From assembly GCA_964543265.1 (NCBI GenBank), contig CAZIWN010000001.1, positions 38,470 through 102,469 on the forward strand: a stretch of 64,000 nucleotides of DNA, read 5' to 3'. The DNA comes from an uncultured Candidatus Saccharibacteria bacterium. GTDB lineage: Bacteria > Patescibacteriota > Minisyncoccia > UBA6257 > 1-14-0-10-40-38. The translations under genes were made by a program, and so were the position numbers. The first letter of the stretch is position 1. Each line of letters starts with the position of its first letter. Positions 45,833-54,694 of this stretch are shown piece by piece. Under the pieces are notes generated by a model. The model searched no databases, had not been told where the DNA came from, and worked only from the letters and a program-made list of their open reading frames with translations.

Positions 45833-47110
45833 ATGTTTAATAAAATAGCTCAAATATTCAAAGTTAAAGATATTAGGTCCAAAATTCTAATGACCTTGCT
45901 TTGGCTGGGAGTTTTTAGATTATTGGCCATAATTCCAATTCCAGGAGTTAATGCTGCTAACCTTAAGGGATTTCTTAATTCTAATCAGCTATTCGGTTTC
46001 TTAAATATTTTTTCAGGAGGATCTCTAAGCAGGCTTTCGGTGATGATGTTAGGAGTTGGTCCATACATTACTTCAACTATTATCATGCAGCTCTTAACCA
46101 TGGTTTTCCCTCGCTTTAAAGAAATGTATAACGAAGAGGGTAGCGCAGGTAAAGCTAAATTTAATCGCTATTCAAGATTTTTAATGATTCCTTTAGCGGC
46201 TCTTCAAGGATTTACATTTTTAAAACTTTTACAGAATCAGGGAGTTATAGCCCCTCTCGGAATTTTTGAAGTTATTGCCAACGTTATTGTGATAGTCACT
46301 GGTTCGGTTATCTTGATGTGGATTGGAGAAATTATCAGTGAATATAAGATAGGTAATGGAACATCTCTTATAATCTTAAGCGGTATAGTTTCCAGTATTC
46401 CCACAACAATTAAAAATGCTTTAGTTTCTTACGATGCCAGTCTTATTGCAACCTATATTGCTTTTGTAGTCTTAAGTATCGTGATTATAGCTGGAATAGT
46501 TTTTGTTAACCAAGGAGAAAGAAGAATTGCAGTTTCTTATTCAAAAAGAATTAAGGGCAATAAAATGTATGGAGGCTCAATGAGTCATCTCCCATTAAAA
46601 GTTAACCAGGCAGGAGTTATTCCAATTATATTCGCCATCTCAATCATGCTCTTTCCTCAATTTTTAGCTCAAATAGTTGCCACTTTTTCCAAGGGAGGAT
46701 TAGCTACAAGAATTACGGATTATATTAACGCCTTTTTCAACAATCAAGCAGTTTACTCAATTTCATATTTTCTTTTAGTTGTAATTTTCACTTATTTCTA
46801 CACCTCAATCACATTTGATTCAAAAGAGATTTCAAAAAATTTGCAAAGAAGCGGAGCTTTCATTCCGGGTATTCGCCCAGGAGATCCGTCTTCAGAATTT
46901 TTATCTAAAACAACTAAGAAAGTCACTTTCTTTGGAGCTGTGTTTTTGGGAATAGTTGCTATTTTACCAAATTTAACTAGAGCCCTAACCGGACTTCAGA
47001 TTTTATCAATCGGAGGAACAAGTTTACTTATCGTTGTCTCGGTTGCGCTAGAAACAATGAAGCAGTTAAATTCTCAATTAGTCGCCAGAGAATATGAAGG
47101 ATTTGAATAA
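45833..47110 (+). CDS. secY: Preprotein translocase subunit SecY
   Basis: 425 aa, 10 TM helices, conserved SecY motifs. Confidence 0.95.
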   Translation: MFNKIAQIFKVKDIRSKILMTLLWLGVFRLLAIIPIPGVNAANLKGFLNSNQLFGFLNIFSGGSLSRLSVMMLGVGPYITSTIIMQLLTMVFPRFKEMYNEEGSAGKAKFNRYSRFLMIPLAALQGFTFLKLLQNQGVIAPLGIFEVIANVIVIVTGSVILMWIGEIISEYKIGNGTSLIILSGIVSSIPTTIKNALVSYDASLIATYIAFVVLSIVIIAGIVFVNQGERRIAVSYSKRIKGNKMYGGSMSHLPLKVNQAGVIPIIFAISIMLFPQFLAQIVATFSKGGLATRITDYINAFFNNQAVYSISYFLLVVIFTYFYTSITFDSKEISKNLQRSGAFIPGIRPGDPSSEFLSKTTKKVTFFGAVFLGIVAILPNLTRALTGLQILSIGGTSLLIVVSVALETMKQLNSQLVAREYEGFE

Positions 47111-47162
47111 TTTTAGTTTGACAATAGTATCAATTTTTAATAAAATATCTAAACATTAAACG

Positions 47163-47588
47163 ATGTCTACAATCTCTCAATTAGTTAGAAAAGGAAGGAA
47201 AAAGACCACATATAAATCAAAATCCCCAGCTATGGGAAGATATTTTAATACCATACAAAATAAGCCGGTTTTTTCCGCATCTCCATTCAAGAGAGGTGTT
47301 TGCATCAAGGTTGGAACTACCACTCCTAAAAAACCAAACTCAGCCGTTAGAAAAATTGCTAGAGTTCGTCTAACTAACGGAACCGAAGTAACCGCTTACA
47401 TCCCAGGAGAAAAACATAATCTTCAGGAACACTCCGTTGTTATGATCAGGGGTGGACGTGTCAAAGATTTGCCAGGAGTTAGATATCATATTGTTCGCGG
47501 AGTATTAGATGCTTCAGGAGTCGAAGGTCGTCGCCAGCAAAGATCGGGATATGGAGCCAAAACTCCAAAAGATGACGCCAAAAAATAG
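47163..47588 (+). CDS. rpsL: 30S ribosomal protein S12
   Basis: 141 aa. [14 protein letters not shown]...PKKPNSA... Confidence 0.95.
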   Translation: MSTISQLVRKGRKKTTYKSKSPAMGRYFNTIQNKPVFSASPFKRGVCIKVGTTTPKKPNSAVRKIARVRLTNGTEVTAYIPGEKHNLQEHSVVMIRGGRVKDLPGVRYHIVRGVLDASGVEGRRQQRSGYGAKTPKDDAKK

Positions 47589-47606
47589 AATCAAGAATAA
47601 ATTAAA

Positions 47607-48074
47607 ATGAGAAAGAAAAGAGTTTACAGAAAAAATTATAAGCCAGATCCAAAATTCCAAAGCATTCAGAATGGAAGGTTTATTAACTATATAATGCAAG
47701 AAGGAAAGAAAGATGTTGCCACCAAAATCTTTTATGACACTTTAGAGGTTATTAAAAAGCAGACCAAAGAAGAGGGAATTGCTGTTTTTGAAAAAGCTCT
47801 TTTAAATGTTACTCCAGAAGTTGAAGTTGGAACAAAGAGAGTCGGAGGAGCTAACTATCAAGTTCCAAAAGAAGTTAGACCTGAAAGAAAATTTATGTTG
47901 GCCGCTCGTTGGATTATTGCTGCTGCCAGAGCCAAGAAGGGAAAGCCAATCGCTGAAAGGCTAGCCGAAGAAATTATTTTGGCTTCTAAAAATGAAGGAT
48001 CAGCTATTAAAAAGAAGTTGGATACGCATCGTATGGCAGAAGCCAACCGCGCTTTCGCTCATTTTTCCTGGTAA
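47607..48074 (+). CDS. rpsG: 30S ribosomal protein S7
   Basis: 155 aa, conserved sequence. Confidence 0.95.
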   Translation: MRKKRVYRKNYKPDPKFQSIQNGRFINYIMQEGKKDVATKIFYDTLEVIKKQTKEEGIAVFEKALLNVTPEVEVGTKRVGGANYQVPKEVRPERKFMLAARWIIAAARAKKGKPIAERLAEEIILASKNEGSAIKKKLDTHRMAEANRAFAHFSW

Positions 48075-48155
48075 TCTTTATTATAAAATTAAAAGCCCAG
48101 ATTTTCTTTTCAAGAATCTGGGCTTTGGTGAAAATATTAAATCGAAAATTTATTT

Positions 48156-50285
48156 ATGTCTAAATATCCAATTGAAAGAGTCCGCGATATAGGTATCACA
48201 GCTCATATCGATGCTGGTAAAACAACAGTTTCAGAACGTGTTCTTTATTACACGGGAGTTTCTCATAAAATAGGAGAAGTTCACACTGGCGATACCGTCA
48301 TGGACTGGATGGATCAAGAGCGCGAAAGAGGAATCACTATCACTTCCGCTGCCACCACTTGCTTTTGGATACCTTCATATCTAAAAAGAGATAACCCAAA
48401 CAAATCGATCGCAGATCTTAAAAAAGATAGCGAATACAGAATAAACTTAATTGACACTCCTGGGCACATCGACTTTACCGTTGAGGTTAAGCGCTCATTG
48501 AGAGTTTTAGATGGTGCCGTCGTTGTTTTTGATGGTGTTTCTGGTGTTGAGCCTCAATCTGAAACCAACTGGAGATATGCAGACGAGTTCGGAGTTCCAA
48601 GAATCTGCTTCATAAATAAATTAGATAGAATGGGTGCTTCTTTTATGGATTCATTAAAATCAATTCATGAAAGATTGAATCCAAACGCAATTCCAGTTCA
48701 GCTTCCTATGGGATCAGAAGCTAATTTTAAGGGCGTCATAGACTTAATCAGAAACACAGCTGTTTATTTCGAGGGAGAAATGGGAGGAGATATTATTGAA
48801 AAAGAAATTCCAGAAGAATTTAAAAAAGAAGCAGCTGAATGGAGACAAAAATTAATAGAAAAAATTGTAGAACAAGACGAAAAACTTCTTGAAAAATATT
48901 TAGCAGGAGAAGAAATTCCGGTTGCTGATTTGAAAAAAACTTTAAGAAAAGCCACTTTAGCCGTAAAGCTTATTCCAGTCTTTACCGGAACAGCTTTAAA
49001 AAATAAAGGAGTCCAGTTGGTTTTGGATGGTGTTATTGATTATCTTCCGGCCCCAACAGATTTGCCTCCAACTAAAGGAACAGATTTTAAAACAGGAGCC
49101 CCAGTTTCTCGTATTCCAAAAGATACCGAGCCATTCTGTGCTTTAGCTTTCAAGATTGCCGCAGATCCTTTCGTCGGTTCTTTAACCTTTTTCCGTGTTT
49201 ATTCAGGAAGTTTGAAAAAAGGAAGCTATATTTTAAATTCCACTAAAAATGTTCAAGAACGTATTGGTAGAATCGTTAGAATGCACGCTAATAAGCGCGA
49301 AGAGGTAGACGAAATTCCAGCCGGAGATATTGGAGCCATTGTAGGACTTAAGGGAACCACAACTGGAGACACTCTCTGCGATCCAGAAAATCCATTAGTC
49401 TTAGAAAAAATTGTCTTCCCAGAACCAGTTATTTCTCAAAAGATTGAACCTAAGAGTAAAGCTGACCAAGAGAAGATGGGTATGGCTTTAAATAGATTAA
49501 GAGAAGAAGATCCAACCTTCCACGTTAAAGGAGATGCTGATACGGGAGAAACTATTATCTCTGGAATGGGAGAGCTTCATCTTGAGGTTTTAGTTGAAAG
49601 AATGAAGCGCGAATTCGGAGTTGAGGCCAACGTTGGCCGTCCACAGGTTGCCTATAAGGAAACCATTAAAGGCACAGCCGAAGCGCAGGGTAAATATATC
49701 AAGCAGTCTGGAGGACGCGGACAATATGGAGACGTTAAAATTAAAGTTGAGCCATTGGAGCGCGGAAAAGGATTTGAATTCGTTGACGCCATTAAATCTG
49801 GTGCTATTCCAAGAGAATTTATTCCAGCCGTTGAAAAAGGTATTACGGCTGAAAAAGAAAAGGGAGTTGTCGCCGGTTTCCCTATGGTGGACTTCAGAGT
49901 CACTTTAATAGACGGTTCATATCACGATGTCGACTCTTCTGAAATGGCCTTCAAATTTGCCGGTTCAATGGCCTACAAAGAAGGTGTTAAAAACGCCAAA
50001 CCAGTCATTCTTGAACCTATTATGAAAGTCCAAGTTATTATCCCAACAGAATTTATGGGTGATATTACCGGAGATATTTCCTCTAAGAGGGGACGCATTG
50101 AAGAAATGTCAGATCGTATGAACACTAAAGTTGTGGACGCCAAAGTTCCTCTTTCGGAAATGTTCGGTTATGCAACCAGATTAAGATCAATGACACAGGG
50201 AAGAGGAAACTTCACTATGGAATTCTCCAACTACGAAGAAGCTCCAGCATCAGTTACCGCTTTGATTAAGGAAGGAAAGAAATAG
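48156..50285 (+). CDS. fusA: Elongation factor G
   Basis: 709 aa. [23 protein letters not shown], and domains II-V. Confidence 0.97.
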   Translation: MSKYPIERVRDIGITAHIDAGKTTVSERVLYYTGVSHKIGEVHTGDTVMDWMDQERERGITITSAATTCFWIPSYLKRDNPNKSIADLKKDSEYRINLIDTPGHIDFTVEVKRSLRVLDGAVVVFDGVSGVEPQSETNWRYADEFGVPRICFINKLDRMGASFMDSLKSIHERLNPNAIPVQLPMGSEANFKGVIDLIRNTAVYFEGEMGGDIIEKEIPEEFKKEAAEWRQKLIEKIVEQDEKLLEKYLAGEEIPVADLKKTLRKATLAVKLIPVFTGTALKNKGVQLVLDGVIDYLPAPTDLPPTKGTDFKTGAPVSRIPKDTEPFCALAFKIAADPFVGSLTFFRVYSGSLKKGSYILNSTKNVQERIGRIVRMHANKREEVDEIPAGDIGAIVGLKGTTTGDTLCDPENPLVLEKIVFPEPVISQKIEPKSKADQEKMGMALNRLREEDPTFHVKGDADTGETIISGMGELHLEVLVERMKREFGVEANVGRPQVAYKETIKGTAEAQGKYIKQSGGRGQYGDVKIKVEPLERGKGFEFVDAIKSGAIPREFIPAVEKGITAEKEKGVVAGFPMVDFRVTLIDGSYHDVDSSEMAFKFAGSMAYKEGVKNAKPVILEPIMKVQVIIPTEFMGDITGDISSKRGRIEEMSDRMNTKVVDAKVPLSEMFGYATRLRSMTQGRGNFTMEFSNYEEAPASVTALIKEGKK

Positions 50286-50295
50286 AAAAATCATC

Positions 50296-50326
50296 AAAAA
50301 ACCACCCAATTTTGGGTGGTTTTTTG
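50296..50326 (+). terminator. Rho-independent terminator after fusA
   Basis: aaaaaaccaccca-attt-tgggtggtttttt. Confidence 0.85.
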
Positions 50327-50357
50327 ATATCTGTAAACTTTCTCAAAATAAAATTCC

Positions 50358-50393
50358 TTACTATATATTGACTATTTAATGCGTATTGTGCTA
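50358..50393 (+). promoter_or_regulatory. Sigma70-like promoter in the fusA-aspS spacer
   Basis: ttgact, 18 nt, tataaat. Confidence 0.35.
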
Positions 50394-50500
50394 TAAATAT
50401 AAAAGTTTTGTTACGAACATTAACCAATTAAAGCTAATTTCTCGTATAGGGCGCGAGCTCTCAAGAGGGATGTAGCTTTAAAAGAAAAGGGAGATCTGCG

Positions 50501-50602
50501 ATGTGTCTAGGGCGAAAGAATAGTATTATTTTTGCGCACATTTCAACCATCCTCGTAATCATAAGTGGACTTTTGTTGTTTTTGTGCTCAAGAACTGCAT
50601 AA
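50501..50602 (+). CDS. Small hydrophobic peptide (33 aa, single TM); type I toxin-like
   Basis: ATG 8 nt after AAGGGAG. Translates MCLGRKNSIIFAHISTILVIISGLLLFLCSRTA. Own terminator at 50624-50668. Not in the ORF track because of its size. Confidence 0.3.
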   Translation: MCLGRKNSIIFAHISTILVIISGLLLFLCSRTA

Positions 50603-50623
50603 AGGCAGCACGAAGATCTGTAA

Positions 50624-50668
50624 AAACACCCAAAGGGCGATATGTTTGTCTGGCGGGTGTTTTAATTT
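50624..50668 (+). terminator. Hairpin plus T-run after the small peptide ORF
   Basis: aaaacaccc...gggtgtttt arms, with A-tract and T-tract flanks. Confidence 0.5.
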
Positions 50669-50738
50669 GTAAATTATTCTAGTCTAGTGGCTATTGGCTA
50701 AACCCTATACCCTATGTATAATTTAACGCATACGAAAC

Positions 50739-52157
50739 ATGCAAAGAACTCTTATTGGCGAGTTGAAAAATCACATTGGTAAAGAAGTTTTATTAAAAGG
50801 CTGGGTAGATGTCCGTCGCGACCATGGAAAATTAATTTTCTTTGATCTCCGCGATGTCTCTGGAATCGTCCAGATGGTAGTCCTTCCAAACCACAAAGAA
50901 GCTATGGAAAAATCTCAACCTATTCGCGATGAATGGGTTCTTGAGGTTAAAGGTAAAGTTAATTCGAGACCTGAAAAAATGGTTAATGCCAATGAATTAA
51001 ATGGCTCAATCGAATTAGAAGTTTTGGAAATAAATATCTTAAACGAGGCCAAAACTCCTCCATTTGATTTGCACTCCGACGGAAAAGAGATAAACGAAGA
51101 AGCTAGATTAAAATATAGATATTTAGATTTGCGTCGTGGAAGAATGCAAAAAAATATCAGAAATAGATTTAAGGTTGAAAATTTTGTCCGTAATTTCTTG
51201 GAAAAAGAAAATTTTACCGAAATTGAATCACCTCTTCTTTCTGCTCCAACACCAGAAGGTTCCAGAAGCTATATTGTGCCAAGTCGCCTATGGAATGGCA
51301 GTTTCTATTCTCTGCCCCAATCTCCTCAGCAGTATAAGCAATTATTAATGGTTGCTGGTTTTGAAAAATATTTCCAATTCGCTCGCTGTATGAGAGACGA
51401 AGATACTCGAGGCGACCGCCAGCCAGAATTCACCCAGTTAGACATGGAGTTATCTTTCGTGTCAGAAGAGGACGTAATAAGTCTTAATGAAAGACTTTTA
51501 ATAGACATTGTTAAAAAATTTTATCCAGAGAAAAAAATCCAAGAGATTCCTTTTCCTAGAATCACCTATAAGGAAGTTATGGAGCGTTATGGTTCCGACA
51601 AGCCTGATATTAGGAAAGACAAAAACGATCCAAATCTTTTAGCTTTCCTTTGGGTTACTGATTTTCCATTTTTCGAAAAAACAGGAGAAGACAATATTGA
51701 TGGAACGGGGGAATGGACATTCACTCATAATCCATTTTCAAGACCAAAAGAATCTGATTTAGAAAACTTTAGGAATAAAAAGAATATCGGCAGTATTTTA
51801 ACCACCCAATATGATGTTACTTTAAACGGTTTCGAGATCGCCGGCGGAAGCATCAGGAATTATAGATCATCCGATCTTAAAACCACTTTCCAAATTATGG
51901 GTTACAGCGATGAACGTATCCAAAAAAACTTCGGGCATATGTTGACCGCCCTAGATTTTGGTGCTCCGCCCCACGGAGGAATTGCTTGGGGCTTCGATCG
52001 CTTAATGATGATTTTGGAAAATGAGCCAAACATCAGAGAAGTCATTCCATTTGCTAAAACTGGAGAAGGCAAGGATCTAATGATGGAAGCACCATCAGAA
52101 GTTTCCGAGCGCCAACTTAAAGAATTGGGTATTACCATAAAACCAAAAAAGAAATAA
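50739..52157 (+). CDS. aspS: Aspartyl-tRNA synthetase, bacterial-type catalytic core but lacking the GAD insertion domain
   Basis: 472 aa. N-terminal OB fold, motif 2 FRDEDTRGDRQPEFTQLDME, and motif 3 GGSIRN...GFDRL. RYGSDKPDIRK is followed directly by FLWVTDFPFF, where ~130 aa of GAD domain sit in typical bacterial AspRS. Confidence 0.88.
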   Translation: MQRTLIGELKNHIGKEVLLKGWVDVRRDHGKLIFFDLRDVSGIVQMVVLPNHKEAMEKSQPIRDEWVLEVKGKVNSRPEKMVNANELNGSIELEVLEINILNEAKTPPFDLHSDGKEINEEARLKYRYLDLRRGRMQKNIRNRFKVENFVRNFLEKENFTEIESPLLSAPTPEGSRSYIVPSRLWNGSFYSLPQSPQQYKQLLMVAGFEKYFQFARCMRDEDTRGDRQPEFTQLDMELSFVSEEDVISLNERLLIDIVKKFYPEKKIQEIPFPRITYKEVMERYGSDKPDIRKDKNDPNLLAFLWVTDFPFFEKTGEDNIDGTGEWTFTHNPFSRPKESDLENFRNKKNIGSILTTQYDVTLNGFEIAGGSIRNYRSSDLKTTFQIMGYSDERIQKNFGHMLTALDFGAPPHGGIAWGFDRLMMILENEPNIREVIPFAKTGEGKDLMMEAPSEVSERQLKELGITIKPKKK

Positions 52158-52168
52158 AATATAAAAAT

Positions 52169-52771
52169 ATGCACAGAAAATCAGAAAAAACATTAGTAAT
52201 CTTAAAACCAGATTCAGTTCAGAGAGGATTAATCGGAGAAATAATTAGCAGATTCGAAAGAGCTGGCCTAAAAATGATCGGAGTTAAATTAGTGGTTCCA
52301 ACCGCAGCCATGGCGGAAAAACACTATACAACCGATCCAGAATGGATTATGAAGACAGGTAGAAAAGCTATAGAAGCCTATAAGAAAAACGGCAAAAAAC
52401 CACCATCAGAAGACCCAGAAGAAGTAGGCAAAAAGGTTTTAAATAACTTAAAACACTATTTAACCTGTGGACCGGTAGTTGTTATGGCCTGGAGGGGAAT
52501 TCACGCTGTAGGGGTCGTTAGAAAGCTTGTTGGTTCAACAGAACCAATGTCTTCCGACGTGGGAACTATCCGAGGAGACTATACGATAGATTCTTATGAG
52601 ATCGCAGATTTAGACGGACGAGCAGTCAGAAACTTGATTCATGCATCGGGCACAGAAGACGAAGCCGATAAAGAAATTAATTTATGGTTTAAGAAAGATG
52701 AAATCTTAAAATATAATTTGGTTTCCGAAAGAATCCTTTACGATATAAATCTAGACGGCATCCTAGAATAA
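52169..52771 (+). CDS. ndk: Nucleoside diphosphate kinase (long form)
   Basis: 200 aa. LVILKPDSVQRGLIGEIISRFERAGLKMIG and an active-site His region, with an inserted segment. Confidence 0.8.
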   Translation: MHRKSEKTLVILKPDSVQRGLIGEIISRFERAGLKMIGVKLVVPTAAMAEKHYTTDPEWIMKTGRKAIEAYKKNGKKPPSEDPEEVGKKVLNNLKHYLTCGPVVVMAWRGIHAVGVVRKLVGSTEPMSSDVGTIRGDYTIDSYEIADLDGRAVRNLIHASGTEDEADKEINLWFKKDEILKYNLVSERILYDINLDGILE

Positions 52772-52775
52772 AAAA

Positions 52776-52808
52776 TAAAAAACCCGCACAATGCGGGTTT
52801 TTTATTTT
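52776..52808. terminator. Bidirectional terminator between ndk (+) and doxX (-)
   Basis: aaaaacccgca-caat-gcgggttttt palindrome. Confidence 0.85.
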
Positions 52809-52815
52809 TCAAATC

Positions 52816-53268
52816 TTATACATTCATTCCACCACCCATACCAGAGGTATTATCAGCTGTTTTCCTGCAGTCGACAGAATATTTTCCAGGACCAGTAATC
52901 ATTAAAGAAACTAAGCCAGCTAATAATGAGAGTGGTAATTCCATTGAGTTTGGCCCAATAAGTCCAACCTTCATATGTACTGTAAATATTGCCACCAACA
53001 TTACAATTCCAAGCAATTTAGTTGCCCAATGCGTTAAGAATCCTAATAAAACCGCAATTCCTCCCAAGAATTCAACCCAAGATACTAAGACGGCAAAAAA
53101 TCCAGCAGCAGGAATTCCAACTTGAGAGAAAAATCCCTCAACCATTCCATCCGGAGCTCCAATCTTCTGCCAGCCATGAGCTATAAATATAACACCAATC
53201 ACAACTCTTAATATTAATGGGGCAATCTCTTGCCATTTATCAGAACACTTACATTTCAATAAGTTCAT
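52816..53268 (-). CDS. DoxX-family membrane protein
   Basis: 150 aa, four TM helices. ...LILRVVIGVIFIAHGWQKI... Confidence 0.75.
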   Translation of the reverse strand: MNLLKCKCSDKWQEIAPLILRVVIGVIFIAHGWQKIGAPDGMVEGFFSQVGIPAAGFFAVLVSWVEFLGGIAVLLGFLTHWATKLLGIVMLVAIFTVHMKVGLIGPNSMELPLSLLAGLVSLMITGPGKYSVDCRKTADNTSGMGGGMNV

Positions 53269-53328
53269 TTTTTTTATAATTTATATTTTAATGTGATACA
53301 ATTATAGCATTAAAAATCGGTTAATTCT

Positions 53329-53643
53329 ATGAAAATATTAAAAGAATTGATTTTAATAATTGTTTTAGTCGGCGTTTTTTATTTTTTTGGAATTCCTTGG
53401 TATAAAAACCAAACAACTAAAAATTTCAAAGAAACTTCTTTTACATTTTCCGAAGGCGTATGCAAATTTGCTAAAGATTGTTCTTATGCTGGTGACGGTT
53501 GTGGCGGTGGGCACGGAGTTTGTACTAACGATCCTAAAAAGCACGAAAATGATATCAGCACTTGCAATATAAATGCCACACATCCTAAAAATAATGGATT
53601 TGAATGTTCTTGTATTAATACAAAATGTGGTTGGGGTAAGTAA
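53329..53643 (+). CDS. Small secreted/anchored cysteine-rich protein (104 aa, 10 Cys)
   Basis: N-terminal hydrophobic signal/anchor, then CKFAKDCSYAGDGCGGGHGVCTND...CNINATHPKNNGFECSCINTKCGWGK. Confidence 0.5.
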   Translation: MKILKELILIIVLVGVFYFFGIPWYKNQTTKNFKETSFTFSEGVCKFAKDCSYAGDGCGGGHGVCTNDPKKHENDISTCNINATHPKNNGFECSCINTKCGWGK

Positions 53644-53682
53644 TTTTTGTAATAATTTTAAAAACTAAACGACATAATACAT

Positions 53683-54219
53683 ATGTATATACCAATAATT
53701 TTAGGGACATCCAGAGACGGTAGTGTTTCCGAGCATGTTGCCGATTTTGTTTTTAATTACATTAAGGGATTAAATAAATTCGAAACAGAGCTTTTAAAGA
53801 CAAAAGATTTTGTTTCGATTCCTTCTACGGGCGGAGCTATGAATAAAGAAATGCACGATAAGTGGCAATCTTCAGCTAATCGCGCCGACGGATTTATAAT
53901 TGTTTCTCCAGAATATAATCACGGTTATCCTGGTGAATTAAAGCTAATGATTGATGAATTTTTAAAAGAATACGAACATAAACCATTCGGAATTTGTGGG
54001 GTTTCAATTAGTCCAATGGGAGGGGTGAGAATGGTAGAGGCCTTAAAGGGAGTTATTTCTGAACTGAGGGGAGTCAGCTTAAGAAATTCTGTGTATTTTT
54101 CTACTGGTAATAAAATTTTAGACGATAATGAATACAAAGAGGGTAAAAAACCCCAAATCAATACAATGGTTGATGAGCTTCTCTGGTATGCTGAAGCATT
54201 AAAGGCAAAAAGGGGTTAA
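53683..54219 (+). CDS. NADPH-dependent FMN reductase family flavoprotein
   Basis: 178 aa. MYIPIILGTSRDGSVSEHVA... and a flavodoxin-like fold signature. Confidence 0.75.
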   Translation: MYIPIILGTSRDGSVSEHVADFVFNYIKGLNKFETELLKTKDFVSIPSTGGAMNKEMHDKWQSSANRADGFIIVSPEYNHGYPGELKLMIDEFLKEYEHKPFGICGVSISPMGGVRMVEALKGVISELRGVSLRNSVYFSTGNKILDDNEYKEGKKPQINTMVDELLWYAEALKAKRG

Positions 54220-54255
54220 TCTAACCTTTATTAGTATTTTTATGTTATAAAATAT

Positions 54256-54663
54256 ATGAATAAATTTAATGAAGAAGAATTAAAAAAGAAATTAACTCCA
54301 GAAGAATATAGGGTTTTGCGCGAAAAGGGTACAGAGGCCCCTTTTGCCGGAGAATATGTAAACGAACACTCTAGGGGGATGTATAAGTGTAAGGTCTGCG
54401 ATGCCGTATTATTTTCATCGGACGCTAAATTCGATTCTGGAACTGGTTGGCCAAGCTTTACAGATCCTGCTAATACCAAAAACATAGAATTAAAAACGGA
54501 TGAATCTCATGGCATGAATCGAACCGAAGTTTTATGTAAAAATTGCGGAAGCCATTTAGGTCATGTTTTTAATGATGGTCCAACTAGTATGGACGGTAAA
54601 AAAGCCAGTGGCCAAAGATTTTGTATTAATTCTGTTTGTTTGAAACTAGAGAAAGAAAAATAA
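54256..54663 (+). CDS. msrB: Peptide-methionine (R)-S-oxide reductase MsrB
   Basis: 135 aa. CKVCDAVLF...GWPSF...[16 protein letters not shown]. Confidence 0.9.
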   Translation: MNKFNEEELKKKLTPEEYRVLREKGTEAPFAGEYVNEHSRGMYKCKVCDAVLFSSDAKFDSGTGWPSFTDPANTKNIELKTDESHGMNRTEVLCKNCGSHLGHVFNDGPTSMDGKKASGQRFCINSVCLKLEKEK

Positions 54664-54694
54664 AAAAAATCCGCCTTGAGGCGGATTTTTTTTA
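54663..54694. terminator. Bidirectional terminator between msrB (+) and the HlyD-like gene (-)
   Basis: aaaaaatccgcc-ttga-ggcggatttttttt. Confidence 0.85.

Noticed and set aside
50400-50738. T-box riboswitch leader for aspS
   Set aside because: aa-tRNA synthetase leaders are often T-boxes, but I could not find the conserved T-box sequence (AAnnAGGGUGGnACCGCG) or a convincing stem I / specifier arrangement. The terminator-like hairpin lies ~70 nt before the start rather than immediately upstream.
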